Counted from the first letter of the stretch, positions 1 through 9,074 are shown. The stretch is DNA of 32,000 nt from Pyrodictium occultum (GCF_001462395.1 NZ_LNTB01000001.1:1440001-1472000); one strand, 5' to 3'. Notes: generated by a model not told the origin, from the letters alone. Numbers and translations: made by a program.

Positions 1-65
1 GCACGTCAACCCACCTTTACCCTGCAGCCCCTGTCTTCTACCCAGAGTACCTGGCCAGCTACATT

Positions 66-587
66 ATGGTGAGGCTGGAGGAGCCGGTGGTAGTCGAGAG
101 CGGGGGCGGAGAGGAGTTCTGGCTCAGCCTTGAGTACGATATAGTGGCTGTAGTAGGCTCTCAGGGCGCGGGCTATGAGCTGGTCGATGCAATGCCGTCT
201 AAAGGGATTGGAAAGTACGCGCTCTACGGGCCTCCCAGCCGGGGGATACTAGCCCGGTTTATCCCTGCAAGGCCGCTACCCAGGCAGCAGAGGGAGGACT
301 GCAGCGCGATGGTAAGGGTTGTTGCGAGAAGCAAGTCCTCTAGGCCCGCACGGGTATCGAGGATAGTATTTCCGGCCAGCGCCCTAAGCCTCTACTATGA
401 CGGTGAGGGGGCGGTTGTGGGCTCAAATATAGAGGTTACAGTAACCAGTCCCTTCACAGCAATCGTCTCCCTCCGGGAGCCGGAGAGGCTGGAGGGCTTC
501 AGGGAGGCGCCGCGGCTGCTGCAGAGGAGCGGAGTAGGCTCACAGGCTAGATGGAGCCAGAGCTTCGTCATGAGCTATGGTATCTAG
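66..587 (+). CDS. hypothetical protein (may extend 5' beyond the window)
   Basis: 173-aa ORF with coding-like codon usage. The frame is open from nt 3 with no upstream stop, so the ATG at 66 may be internal. No motif recognised. Its 3' end overlaps the convergent gene by 20 nt. Confidence 0.4.
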   Translation: MVRLEEPVVVESGGGEEFWLSLEYDIVAVVGSQGAGYELVDAMPSKGIGKYALYGPPSRGILARFIPARPLPRQQREDCSAMVRVVARSKSSRPARVSRIVFPASALSLYYDGEGAVVGSNIEVTVTSPFTAIVSLREPERLEGFREAPRLLQRSGVGSQARWSQSFVMSYGI

Positions 588-1188
588 CCTCTGGGAGGGC
601 TATAGTTACTACGCCCGAGCTGTCCCGCGTTATTTCGGCTCCATAGCTCTCCGCAACACCCTCAATCATGCTCTTAACGGCCTTTTCGCCGGGTTTTGTG
701 GCGGGGAGCAGAATTACCTTATCCCGCTCACGTATGGCTATCCTCGAGTCCTCAAGCATTATGTCAAGAGCCTCCTCTAGGCCAATCTCTAGGCTGCGCA
801 GTAGGGCACCTAGCCTCCTCCCCTCCTCCCGTGCAAGTTCATGGATATTAGCGTTATTGCAGCTATCCAGGAGCGAGAGAGGAATAAGCACCACGCCTAC
901 ACGGCGAAGCTTACTATATATCAGCGCCTTTCTGAGCACGAGAGGCGCAAATGAACTGCTCTCCTCGGCTTCCACCGCCCCGGTTAAGAGCGCCCTCATG
1001 TAGGCCGATACAGTCATGCCGTGCCTGGCGGCTATGCCCTTAATTAGGTCGACAAGCTTCGAGTCGATCATTATGGGTCTTCTCTTCCTGCCGGCGCTCT
1101 CCTCGGACAAGCTGATGTATCCCCGAAGCAGCTGAGAGGCTCGGGTATCTGAGATAGAGGTTTGGCCGCCCCTAGGGGCTTGCTGCAA
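568..1188 (-). CDS. ribbon-helix-helix (CopG/Arc-like) domain protein, paralog of the upstream gene
   Basis: A basic stretch is followed by a beta-strand/helix pattern, 'RKRRPIMIDSKLVDLIKGIAARHGMTVSAYMRALL'. This aligns with 'RKGARKLIAVPEEILQELSVIAKRSGLTISELASLIL' of the neighbouring ORF, and the C-terminal ~130 aa are also similar ('LRRVGVVLIP' vs 'MRRLGGVIVP'). The start is uncertain: TTG 1188 lies 1 nt after the upstream stop, in-frame TTG 1110 gives 'MSEESAGRKRR', and ATG 1071 is a third option. Confidence 0.6.
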   Translation of the reverse strand: MQQAPRGGQTSISDTRASQLLRGYISLSEESAGRKRRPIMIDSKLVDLIKGIAARHGMTVSAYMRALLTGAVEAEESSSFAPLVLRKALIYSKLRRVGVVLIPLSLLDSCNNANIHELAREEGRRLGALLRSLEIGLEEALDIMLEDSRIAIRERDKVILLPATKPGEKAVKSMIEGVAESYGAEITRDSSGVVTIALPEARYHSS

Positions 1189-1189
1189 G

Positions 1190-1768
1190 CTAGCTACTCT
1201 GCCTATAGTTGATAACTAGTATGGAATCATACTCGTCTATCTTCTCAACCCTCTTGCCCATAGCCTCGAGTACGCTGGTCGCTATGGTTTTCAGCATATC
1301 AAGCATACCCGAGTAGGGCTTCTCCGTTATTGATATGATTATCTTCCCCGAGTTGCCATCATTGATCTCCTCTATGGAGGCGTTTGGCACGAAAAGCGAT
1401 ATTATATCCTTCGTGAGTATATCATCGAGCCCGCGCACCTTTGCGAACACTGCTATGGAGGTCGCGAGCCGCCCAACCTCCTTTATAAAAGTGTCACGGG
1501 CGCTTGGGTCTGCAGAGTTAACCAGCTCTACCAGCCCTTTCTGTGGAACAATCACTCCCCCTAGCCTCCTCATGTCGGTGAGCAGCGTCATCTCTGTGAA
1601 AAGCGATGCAATATTATCCCTGCCGTGGAGGGCACGTGCGGCGAAGGATAGTATCAGGGATGCAAGCTCCGATATTGTAAGACCAGAGCGTTTAGCTATT
1701 ACTGAGAGCTCTTGCAGAATCTCCTCGGGCACTGCTATAAGCTTCCTAGCCCCCTTACGGCTGGACAT
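1190..1768 (-). CDS. ribbon-helix-helix (CopG/Arc-like) domain protein with an uncharacterised C-terminal domain
   Basis: 192-aa ORF with an ATG start and an N-terminal RHH-like segment (see the previous feature). A TTTAAA element lies 36-41 nt upstream. Confidence 0.65.
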   Translation of the reverse strand: MSSRKGARKLIAVPEEILQELSVIAKRSGLTISELASLILSFAARALHGRDNIASLFTEMTLLTDMRRLGGVIVPQKGLVELVNSADPSARDTFIKEVGRLATSIAVFAKVRGLDDILTKDIISLFVPNASIEEINDGNSGKIIISITEKPYSGMLDMLKTIATSVLEAMGKRVEKIDEYDSILVINYRQSS

Positions 1769-1803
1769 GCAGCGACCCAGCTCCTCCCAATTAGGGCCTC
1801 TTC

Positions 1804-1809
1804 TTTAAA
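1804..1809 (-). promoter_or_regulatory. TATA-like box (TTTAAA) for the RHH gene pair
   Basis: It is the only AT-rich hexamer in the 1769-1897 spacer and lies ~40 nt upstream of ATG 1768. Confidence 0.3.
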
Positions 1810-1897
1810 CCTCTAGGAGGCGGCGACGAGCCCTCCCCTAGAGCCGGGACACGAGTAAAAACCTGGGAAAAAGCACGTGTAGATAGTGAGGGAGGAC

Positions 1898-3865
1898 CTA
1901 GCTTACTATCAGAGGGCTAGCCCCCTCCTCCCTGATCTCGTCAATAAGGCTACGTGGGAACACGGCTCTGCTCAAATCCGCGGAGTCAAGTGTTACGGCA
2001 ACACCGCCCGCGGGGGACGCGCTGGAGCCCCCTTCTACTGTTAGCTTGACCTGCGTTCCCCGCTTTACATGGCAGAGTATCAGCTTCGGGTCATCCAGCA
2101 CCGACGCGACATAGTAGGATAGTATGTACTTCTTGAGCCCACATACGCCACATGCATCCTTCCTCACATCAGAGTAACGCCATGTATGGTTCCAGATGTA
2201 TATTTCCTTAACAATCTCTTTCCTGGCACAGGACGATACATCGAATATTGATGGTATGAGCAACGCGTCGGCCTTAGCTGTCTCGGTGTGATCATCAGCT
2301 ATGTATAGTAGGAAGCTTATCCCCACTGCTGCAGCGTCTCTAAGACTGCTCGTTATCCACCTGCTCACCCCTGCGGCATAGTCTACCTCGATAACGGCTA
2401 TGGCGGCGGTAGCTGTTGGGCCAAGTTTTCTGACGAGCTCAGCTCCTAGCGGTACTTTTAGAAGTATTGGATGGTCTAATTTGGCTGCGTCTAGTAGTGT
2501 GTAAGTGTATAGCGGCTCGATTACCCTGCTCTGCCAGCCGGTTTCAACCTTGCCGATAAGCTTACGTGTTACTATCAGTTTCCCGGGCTCATAGCCGTTG
2601 ATGGAGAATAGATGCAGTTTTACCGATACATAGGCTGGTGCTAGAGGAGGCTTCATGAAGTATGTGTTCTCCATGTCGCGGAGGCAGAAGTTTATGTTGA
2701 TACAGTCTATGGTGTGTGTGGTTGCTTTCATGTATGCGGTGGTTGAGCCCCAGGGCTCGATCACCACTGCTATATTCTTCTGCGCGGCATTCCCTGTTAT
2801 GAGGAATGGTATGTAGAATGCCCCTATGGCGCCTACCGATTTCCAGTAAACTGGGCTCCATGTAGCTGTGTTCTGTACGTCGAGCTTGCCGGGTATACTG
2901 AAGCCTTGTATATCGCTGCAGCTGTTGTCAAGTCCACATAGCTTGTAGTACGTCTCTAGTATTCCTTCAGGTGTGAATCTTAGATACAATTGGTAATATA
3001 TGTTGCTCAGGTAGTTTTTCGCGATTATGTCTGCCTCGCGGTGCTCTACTATCCATGCGCCGCCAGCATAGGGTGCGAGTATCCGGCGATAGAGGTAGAT
3101 CCTTCTTACTCCCGGGGTATACCTTTTCTCAGGTAATGGGGCCGCATCGATGCGGTCCCTCACCTCTTTAACCGGCCACTCACTTATGGGGTACATCTTC
3201 AGCCTTGTAGTGTCTACATCGAGCCCCGGTACCACGCCCCAGCTGGCAGCATACCTGGGATCGACGTTAGGTGGGAGGGCGCTTGCTATCCACAGGGGCT
3301 GCAGGAGGGGGCCGTACTGCAGGGATAGCATCTCCGCAACAGCCTTTCTCGTTACGCGCTCTACTACCTGCTTCGGGTCCTGGCTAGCTATGCATGCTGT
3401 AGCGTTCTCCAGCAGTACCTTGCCGTTGACCCGAGGGCCGGAGAGGCATGGCTTAGTGGGGTCTAGCTCGTACCTATAGAGCCATGCACCGCCGTTCCTG
3501 CCCTTGACTACTATCTCGACATTACTGCTGCAGGGTATGTCGAGTACGGCTGTCCCGTTGGAGCTGAAGGTTCCCGTGTATAGGAGTTTCTTATCCGCGA
3601 CGCTGTACACCTCCACAATCCAGGGCCGGACATCACCGGTAGGGGGCCTCACGGTCAGCGCCGCCTTCATCCACCCGCTGGCGTTGCATGCTTCCAGAGG
3701 CTCTAGGATCATCCGAGGCGGGGCCGCTAGGGCGGCTGCCTTCTCGACGGATTCCTGGAGGTTTAGGGCCCAGTAGTGCATCATGGCTGTGACCGCCGCT
3801 ATGGAGACTATTGCTATGGATGCAAGGAGCGCGCTTCCCAGAATGCTTCCAAGCCCTCTCATCAC
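1898..3865 (-). CDS. large secreted Cys-rich (probably glycosylated) protein with a class III (type IV pilin-like) signal peptide
   Basis: 655 aa. The N-terminus 'MMRGLGSILGSALLASIAIVSIAAV' fits the archaeal prepilin-peptidase substrate pattern: [KR]-G, then a small or hydrophobic residue, then a hydrophobic helix. It has many Cys residues and several N-x-S/T sequons (NAS, NGT, NAT, NHT). The start is GTG 3865 or ATG 3862. No AT-rich promoter element lies between it and the upstream aglH-like gene. Confidence 0.7.
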   Translation of the reverse strand: MMRGLGSILGSALLASIAIVSIAAVTAMMHYWALNLQESVEKAAALAAPPRMILEPLEACNASGWMKAALTVRPPTGDVRPWIVEVYSVADKKLLYTGTFSSNGTAVLDIPCSSNVEIVVKGRNGGAWLYRYELDPTKPCLSGPRVNGKVLLENATACIASQDPKQVVERVTRKAVAEMLSLQYGPLLQPLWIASALPPNVDPRYAASWGVVPGLDVDTTRLKMYPISEWPVKEVRDRIDAAPLPEKRYTPGVRRIYLYRRILAPYAGGAWIVEHREADIIAKNYLSNIYYQLYLRFTPEGILETYYKLCGLDNSCSDIQGFSIPGKLDVQNTATWSPVYWKSVGAIGAFYIPFLITGNAAQKNIAVVIEPWGSTTAYMKATTHTIDCININFCLRDMENTYFMKPPLAPAYVSVKLHLFSINGYEPGKLIVTRKLIGKVETGWQSRVIEPLYTYTLLDAAKLDHPILLKVPLGAELVRKLGPTATAAIAVIEVDYAAGVSRWITSSLRDAAAVGISFLLYIADDHTETAKADALLIPSIFDVSSCARKEIVKEIYIWNHTWRYSDVRKDACGVCGLKKYILSYYVASVLDDPKLILCHVKRGTQVKLTVEGGSSASPAGGVAVTLDSADLSRAVFPRSLIDEIREEGASPLIVS

Positions 3866-3963
3866 CTTCTCCCACTGCTGTCAGCCGGGGTGGGGGCTGC
3901 CGCTGCGTGCCGGTCGACCGGAACTATTGCCGGGCTTCACTCCGAGGAGGCTGCCCCCGGGGG

Positions 3964-5025
3964 CTAGAGGATACCGCGGGCAGCGAGTATGAGGGCTGCT
4001 ATGCCTATCAAAGCCTGCATCACAAGGATGACTGCTACTACTTCGGGCTCGCGCGCCGATCCCTTGAGCCTCTTAAGCAGCTTTATTACAGCGTGGGTTA
4101 GCGTGTATATTCCCTCCAGCGGCGAGTCCAGCGTACCATCTGGCAGCGGCACGCCAAAGTCCTCTATGACGCCTGGCTTCCAGACGTGGTGCAGGTAGCC
4201 CCTAAGGTTCAGGAGGGCCTTTATGAAGTATAGTGTGAATAGGAATAGGCCGAACTTCTCCATATTGCCTATTATCACGAGTGCCGCATAGTAGGCCCCG
4301 ACCCCGTAGGTGAACCCGTTCCCCGGGAAGACTCGGGCAGGGTACCAGTTGTAGACCAGGAAGCCCGCCAGGGCTGCCGCCATTATGACTGAGCCCTGGA
4401 GGACGAAGTAGACCTTCTTCATGTACGCGTAGGCTGCGGTGAAGAGCATTAGGAGCAGCCCCATACCCGCCTCTAGCCCGTTGAACCCGGCGATCATGTT
4501 GAACGCGTTAGCCGCTCCCAGCACGCCTATGGGCACCGCTACGAGAGGATAGGCTAGGCCCAGGTCCACAGCGCCTATAAGGGGCAGCTCTAGGCGTGAA
4601 TGACCCGCCTTAATCACCACGAGCGGCAGCGAGACAGGGGCCATGAACACTACGCGCTGCCATCGTGGTAGCCCCTTCTTCCACCCCAGTATGTCGTCCA
4701 CGAAGCCCAGCACGCTGGAGAGGAGGAGCAGTGCCACAAGTGCAAAGAGCTCCGCGGGCCTGTAGAGCCCGCCCCCGAGGTAGGTGTAGAGGGCCTCGAG
4801 CGTCAACAACCCGAACGCGGCCGCCACCACGGCCCAGATGCCGCCGGCCTCGGCAACCATGACTCTACCGGGCTTGTTCATATCCCGGCCTACGAGGCCC
4901 CTCTCTCTGGCGACCCGTATCCACGCCGGCTCTACCACAATTACGAGGGTGAACGCCACCGCCGCCGACGCCAGCAGGTACGCAGCCTCGCCTGGCGTCA
5001 AGATGCACGCCCTTCTCCGAGGCAT
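3964..5025 (-). CDS. aglH: UDP-GlcNAc:dolichyl-phosphate GlcNAc-1-phosphate transferase (glycosyltransferase family 4, MraY/WecA/AglH-like)
   Basis: 353-aa polytopic membrane protein. It carries the GT4 signatures 'VLGFVDDILGWKKGLP' and 'ANAFNMIAGFNGLEAG'. Confidence 0.8.
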   Translation of the reverse strand: MPRRRACILTPGEAAYLLASAAVAFTLVIVVEPAWIRVARERGLVGRDMNKPGRVMVAEAGGIWAVVAAAFGLLTLEALYTYLGGGLYRPAELFALVALLLLSSVLGFVDDILGWKKGLPRWQRVVFMAPVSLPLVVIKAGHSRLELPLIGAVDLGLAYPLVAVPIGVLGAANAFNMIAGFNGLEAGMGLLLMLFTAAYAYMKKVYFVLQGSVIMAAALAGFLVYNWYPARVFPGNGFTYGVGAYYAALVIIGNMEKFGLFLFTLYFIKALLNLRGYLHHVWKPGVIEDFGVPLPDGTLDSPLEGIYTLTHAVIKLLKRLKGSAREPEVVAVILVMQALIGIAALILAARGIL

Positions 5026-5240
5026 TCAATGCGCCGAGGCGGCTGCCAAGGTAAATAGCGCTACCGGGCCTCGGCGCGGGAGGAAAGCGGGGCCTCAGCT
5101 CCTGCCGGGATCCCCACTGCCTAGCGTCGGCGGGTAGGACCCTGAGGCAATGCTCTTCACCGGCCCGCAGGCTCCAGGTCGGGTAGACCCCTTAAAGCAG
5201 CCTTGGAGCACCCCGGGCTCCCCGTGAGGGCTGAAGGGGT

Positions 5241-6608
5241 ATGGAGCGGCGCATAAGGCCGGTGGCGCTGACCATAGCTGGCAGCGACTCCGGCGGAGGC
5301 GCGGGTGTAGAGGCCGATCTAAAGACGTTCGCGGCGCTGGGAGTCCATGGAGCGGCCGCGGTGACCGCCGTCACCGCCCAGAACACGCTCGGGGTCCAGG
5401 CGGTCCACCTAATCCCGCCCGGGCTGGTGGCCGCCCAGATAAGGGCGGTGGCCGAGGACATGGGGGTGGACGCGGCCAAGACCGGGATGCTGGGCAGCGC
5501 CGAGACCATACTGGAGGTGGCACGGGTTCTGGAGAGCTACGACTTCCCCCTGGTGGTCGACCCGGTAACGGCCGCTGAGAGTGACGGCACGAGGCTCATG
5601 CCGGACAGGGCGCTGGAAGCCCTGCGGGAGAAGCTGCTCCCGCGCGCAGCACTCGTGACACCCAATGCACTTGAGGCCGAGATGCTCACAGGCATTAGGA
5701 TAACGAGCATCGAGGAGGCACGCAGAGCTGCGAAGCTCCTCGTAGAGGAGTACGGCGCAGAGGCAGCCCTAGTCAAGGGCGGGCACCTAGGGGGCAGGGA
5801 GAGCATAGACGTGCTCTACCACAGGGGCGGCTTCCACGAATACCGGGCCCCGAGGCTGAGCCACGGCTGCAGCCACGGCACGGGCTGCACGCTCTCGGCA
5901 GCGATAACAGCAGAGCTGGCCAAGGGCAGGCCCCTGGAAGAGGCAGTCAGGACAGCTAAGAGCCTGGTGACAGCAGCAATAGAGTATGCAGCTAGGCTGG
6001 GCCGCGGGGCGTGCCCCGTGAACCCCGTAGCGGCCCTGGAGATGGACGCGTGGAGATGGAGGGTAGCCCGGAGCGTCGAGAGGGCCAGCTCGATGATCCT
6101 CCAGGCGGAAAGCCTGGTAGCACCCCACGTGCCCGAGGTCGGCACCAACGTGGTAGAGGCCCTCCCGGCCCCCTACGCCCGCAGCCGGGAGGATGTAGCG
6201 GGGATACTGGGCCGCATAGTGAGGACGCCCCGCGGGCTACGCGCCGGCCCCGTAGCCTTCGGGGCCTCGGACCACCTGGCCAGGCTGGTACTGGAAGTGA
6301 TGAAGTATACCCCCTGGATAAGGTCGGTGATAAACATAAGGTACTCCCCGGAACTCGTCGAGGCAGCCCGCAAGCTAGGCTACCGGGTAGCCCGCATAGA
6401 CCGGGCAGCTGAGCCGCCCGAGACAAGGACAGCCGAAGGAGGCACCATGAAGTGGATAGCCAGGAGCGTGTTCCCCCACAGCCCGGCCGACCTAGTCTAC
6501 GATGAGGGGGACTGGGGCAAGGAGCCAATGATAAGAATCTTCGCTGGTACAGCCGTGGAGGCGGCTAGAAAGCTCCTCAAAATACTCGAGAGAGCCTCCC
6601 ACAGCTAG
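5241..6608 (+). CDS. thiDN: bifunctional hydroxymethylpyrimidine/phosphomethylpyrimidine kinase (ThiD) fused to a ThiN-type thiamine-phosphate synthase
   Basis: 455 aa. The N-terminal part shows 'ALTIAGSDSGGGAGVEADLKTFAALGVHG', 'VTPNALEAEML' and 'LVKGGHL', typical of ThiD. The C-terminal ~180 aa give the archaeal ThiN-domain architecture. Confidence 0.85.
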   Translation: MERRIRPVALTIAGSDSGGGAGVEADLKTFAALGVHGAAAVTAVTAQNTLGVQAVHLIPPGLVAAQIRAVAEDMGVDAAKTGMLGSAETILEVARVLESYDFPLVVDPVTAAESDGTRLMPDRALEALREKLLPRAALVTPNALEAEMLTGIRITSIEEARRAAKLLVEEYGAEAALVKGGHLGGRESIDVLYHRGGFHEYRAPRLSHGCSHGTGCTLSAAITAELAKGRPLEEAVRTAKSLVTAAIEYAARLGRGACPVNPVAALEMDAWRWRVARSVERASSMILQAESLVAPHVPEVGTNVVEALPAPYARSREDVAGILGRIVRTPRGLRAGPVAFGASDHLARLVLEVMKYTPWIRSVINIRYSPELVEAARKLGYRVARIDRAAEPPETRTAEGGTMKWIARSVFPHSPADLVYDEGDWGKEPMIRIFAGTAVEAARKLLKILERASHS

Positions 6609-7456
6609 GCCATGTATGTCCTGCCGAACTTGGCCAGAGCGAGGGCCGTGAAGGCGCCGGTAACGGCCAGCAGCCCCAGTATATCGAGACCCGGCGATAG
6701 GCTATAGACGCCGTACATAAGCCCCCGTGTGAGATCAACAGCATATGTCAGCGGGTTCACGTAGGCCAGCGCCTTCAGCCAGCCCGGCAGCGGGTCTATA
6801 GGGTAGAAGGCGCCGCTGAGGAACAGCATCGGCATCATTATAAGGCTTATGACCGTATGGAAGCCCTCCGGGCTCCTCATCGACAGCGCTATGAGCGTGC
6901 CTATGCTAGCAGACGCGTAGGCAGCTATGAAGGCCGCCAGCAGCCCAGCCAGTACACCCTGCACGCTAGTATAACCCGCCGCTACGGAGACCAGCAAGGC
7001 CATGACTGCGCCCTGCAGCATGGTAGCCAGGGTGTCCCCGGTCATCCGCCCCAGGAGCACAGCGCTACGAGGGGCGGGCGACACGAGTATCTCCTTGAGG
7101 TAGCCAAACTCGCGGTCCCATATCACCCCGAGGCCGCTGCCAAACCCGCTCGTGAACACAGTCATCACTATTATGCCCGGCGCCAGGAACTCCAGGTAGT
7201 CCAGCCCCTTGAAGAGCTGCCTAGCCATAGGGCCTATAACGTTGAACGCTGCGCTCCAGCCAAGCCCAAAGAACAGGAGCCATATCAGCGGGAACACTAG
7301 AGAGTTGACAATCCTGCTCGGGGCGGCCCGGAACCGCGCCAGCTGCCTGTAAGCCATGGCGGCGAAGGCCTGCAGCCAGAAGGACGGGGCCCCGCCGCGG
7401 CGCGGCCTCCCCAGACCCTCCACCCCGGCGCGGGCCTCGCTAACCGGCTCCGTCAA
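6605..7456 (-). CDS. ABC-2 type transporter permease
   Basis: 283 aa with ~6 TM segments. The N-terminal 'SFWLQAFAAMAYRQLARFRAAPSRIV' is typical of ABC-2 permeases. It begins 18 nt downstream of the ATPase gene, at TTG 7456. Its stop shares a CTAG with the thiDN stop. Confidence 0.75.
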   Translation of the reverse strand: MTEPVSEARAGVEGLGRPRRGGAPSFWLQAFAAMAYRQLARFRAAPSRIVNSLVFPLIWLLFFGLGWSAAFNVIGPMARQLFKGLDYLEFLAPGIIVMTVFTSGFGSGLGVIWDREFGYLKEILVSPAPRSAVLLGRMTGDTLATMLQGAVMALLVSVAAGYTSVQGVLAGLLAAFIAAYASASIGTLIALSMRSPEGFHTVISLIMMPMLFLSGAFYPIDPLPGWLKALAYVNPLTYAVDLTRGLMYGVYSLSPGLDILGLLAVTGAFTALALAKFGRTYMA

Positions 7457-7473
7457 CCCTCAACCCCACCTCC

Positions 7474-8478
7474 CTACCTGGCTCTCCTCCCGGCATGTAT
7501 ATGCAGTCTGAGGAAGTCCCTCCAGTCGCCCTCCTCGTCGCGCAGGCTACGGCCGGTGAGCTTTACAAACACGTCGTTTAAACTCGGCCTGGTGTAGCGG
7601 GCCTCAAGGACCCTAATGCCCGCCTCCTGGGCCAGCGAGAGTATTCTAGGCATGAGCCTCGGTGCGTCCCGGGCCACCACCGCCACCATGTCGCCCGCCA
7701 CGGAGACGTCCTCGCCTAGCCCTCTCTCCCTGAGCAGGGAGGCCAGCTTCTCTGCCGCATCCCTGCCAGGCAGCTTGACGTAGACCGTGTCGCCGCCGAC
7801 CATGCTCTTCAGCTCCTCCGGCGAGCCCTCCGCGATGATCCTGCCATGATCTATTATGGCTATCCTGTCGCAGAGCCTCTCAGCCTCATCCATGTAGTGG
7901 GTTGTGAGGAACACGGTCACACCACTGCGGCGCAGCTTGTCTATAACCTCCCAGACCTTCATCCTAGCCTGGGGGTCCAGGCCTATGGTGGGCTCGTCGA
8001 GGAACACTACATCCGGCTCGTTGAGGAGCGCCCTGGCTATCTCTAGGCGGCGTATCATGCCGCCGCTGTAGCTCTTGAGCGGCCTATGCGCATGCTCCCT
8101 GAGCCCTACGAGGTCCAGCAGCTCGGGGATGCGTTGCTCGACCAGCCTCCTGGGGAGCCCATGTATGAGGCCGTGAGTCAGCATGTTCTGCCACGCGGTG
8201 AGGTCGCGATCCACGGTAGGCTCCTGGAATACAACCCCTATGTGCTCCCTTACGCGCTGAGGATCACGCGTAACGTCGAAGCCTGCTACCAGGGCCCGGC
8301 CCCCACTAGGCTTGATAATGGTGGTGAGCATGCCTATGGTAGTTGTCTTCCCGGCCCCGTTGGGGCCTAGTAGGCCGTACACCGTCCCACGCCGGACCCT
8401 AAAGCTGACGCCTCTAACTGCTTCGAAACCGTTGTAGCTCTTCCGGAGCCCTTCCGTGATAATCACATAGTCGTCCAT
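7474..8478 (-). CDS. ABC transporter ATP-binding protein (DrrA/ABC-2 exporter type)
   Basis: Walker A 'GPNGAGKTT', signature 'YSGGMIRRL', Walker B 'VFLDEPTIGLD' and H-loop 'LTTHYMDEAE' are all present. I place the start at ATG 8478 ('MDDYVIITEG'). The ORF track's 8529 start adds 17 non-conserved residues. Confidence 0.85.
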   Translation of the reverse strand: MDDYVIITEGLRKSYNGFEAVRGVSFRVRRGTVYGLLGPNGAGKTTTIGMLTTIIKPSGGRALVAGFDVTRDPQRVREHIGVVFQEPTVDRDLTAWQNMLTHGLIHGLPRRLVEQRIPELLDLVGLREHAHRPLKSYSGGMIRRLEIARALLNEPDVVFLDEPTIGLDPQARMKVWEVIDKLRRSGVTVFLTTHYMDEAERLCDRIAIIDHGRIIAEGSPEELKSMVGGDTVYVKLPGRDAAEKLASLLRERGLGEDVSVAGDMVAVVARDAPRLMPRILSLAQEAGIRVLEARYTRPSLNDVFVKLTGRSLRDEEGDWRDFLRLHIHAGRRAR

Positions 8479-8583
8479 GAAGCAGCCTCCCTGCGGTAGG
8501 CCCGGAAGCGGAGAGACTTGCGGGTCCAAAAAGACCTGTCGGCCTCCGATATATGGGGGCGTCTTCCCCGGAGGCTGGCCGGC

Positions 8584-8907
8584 CTAGCCCTCATCCCCCT
8601 TTATCTCGCGCTCAACCTCCTTAATGCGTTCGTCAATCTCCCTAATCTGCTCATCAATCATCTTCTTGATTGTCTCCAGCCAGCTGCGCTGAGCCCGGAG
8701 TATCTCAAGCTCTATCTCCGGGCTAGGCCTACCCCACGGCCCAGGGTAGGGCGGCACAGCCCAGAGCAGCGGGGGCGGAGGGTAGTAGGATGCAAGCTCC
8801 GACGGCGGTGGCGGCGGAGGCTCCTCCCTGCCGTGCGTCTTCTTCCTCCTACCGCCATAGCCCCACCAGTACCCGTAGCCATAGCCCGGGCCCTGCCACC
8901 ACGCCAT
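8584..8907 (-). CDS. small G/Y/W-rich, poly-Pro, coiled-coil protein (DUF5320-like by composition)
   Basis: 107 aa. It has '[19 protein letters not shown]', then a 'PPPPPPP...PPPP' region, then a heptad-like acidic helix '[24 protein letters not shown]'. The overlapping plus-strand ORF 8518-8985 looks like non-coding translation. Confidence 0.5.
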   Translation of the reverse strand: MAWWQGPGYGYGYWWGYGGRRKKTHGREEPPPPPPSELASYYPPPPLLWAVPPYPGPWGRPSPEIELEILRAQRSWLETIKKMIDEQIREIDERIKEVEREIKGDEG

Positions 8908-9074
8908 GGCCTGTCACGCTCCAGGCTCCCCCGAGTCTACACTCTCTGCACCAGACAAACAAGATGGGCACTCACTATACTATAATATTTAACGTGTCGC
9001 CAGGCCTATGCACCTTGGCCCCAGACTACCCCCAGGGCTGCAGCTCTCCGTGTCACCGGCTGGTGGTAGGGGCT

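Noticed and set aside
1335-1808. 157-aa plus-strand ORF opposite the RHH gene, together with 577-1003 plus-strand ORFs opposite its paralog.
   Set aside because: The translations are Ser-rich and low in complexity. The minus-strand frames give paralogous proteins with a recognisable RHH pattern.
5026-5240. A possible TPP riboswitch upstream of thiDN.
   Set aside because: There is a CUGAG-like element ('ccctgaggc') but no 'ACCUGAUCUGGAUAAUGCCAGCG'-type pyrimidine-sensor helix or matching pairing. The region also serves the divergent aglH promoter.
5992-6528. 178-aa ORF antisense to thiDN, together with the similar long alternative-frame or antisense ORFs 5192-5509, 5787-6148, 6011-6412, 11199-11525, 11874-12400, 13307-14071, 13508-13972, 30672-31130 and 31117-31344.
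   Set aside because: The translations are R/P/G/S/A-rich and low in complexity, as is typical of stop-poor alternative frames in high-GC coding DNA. Each is fully embedded in a gene with clear family motifs.
8518-8985. 155-aa plus-strand ORF overlapping the small coiled-coil gene.
   Set aside because: The sequence is Arg/Pro/Leu-rich and looks like nonsense. The minus-strand frame gives a coherent modular protein with a clean heptad helix.
8790-9074. A long N-terminal extension of the nucleotidyltransferase (ORF track start 8790).
   Set aside because: The extension is Ser/Pro/Thr-rich, overlaps the divergent gene and spans the AT-rich promoter-like island at 8976-8993. The family's N-terminus is 'MKAVILAGG'.
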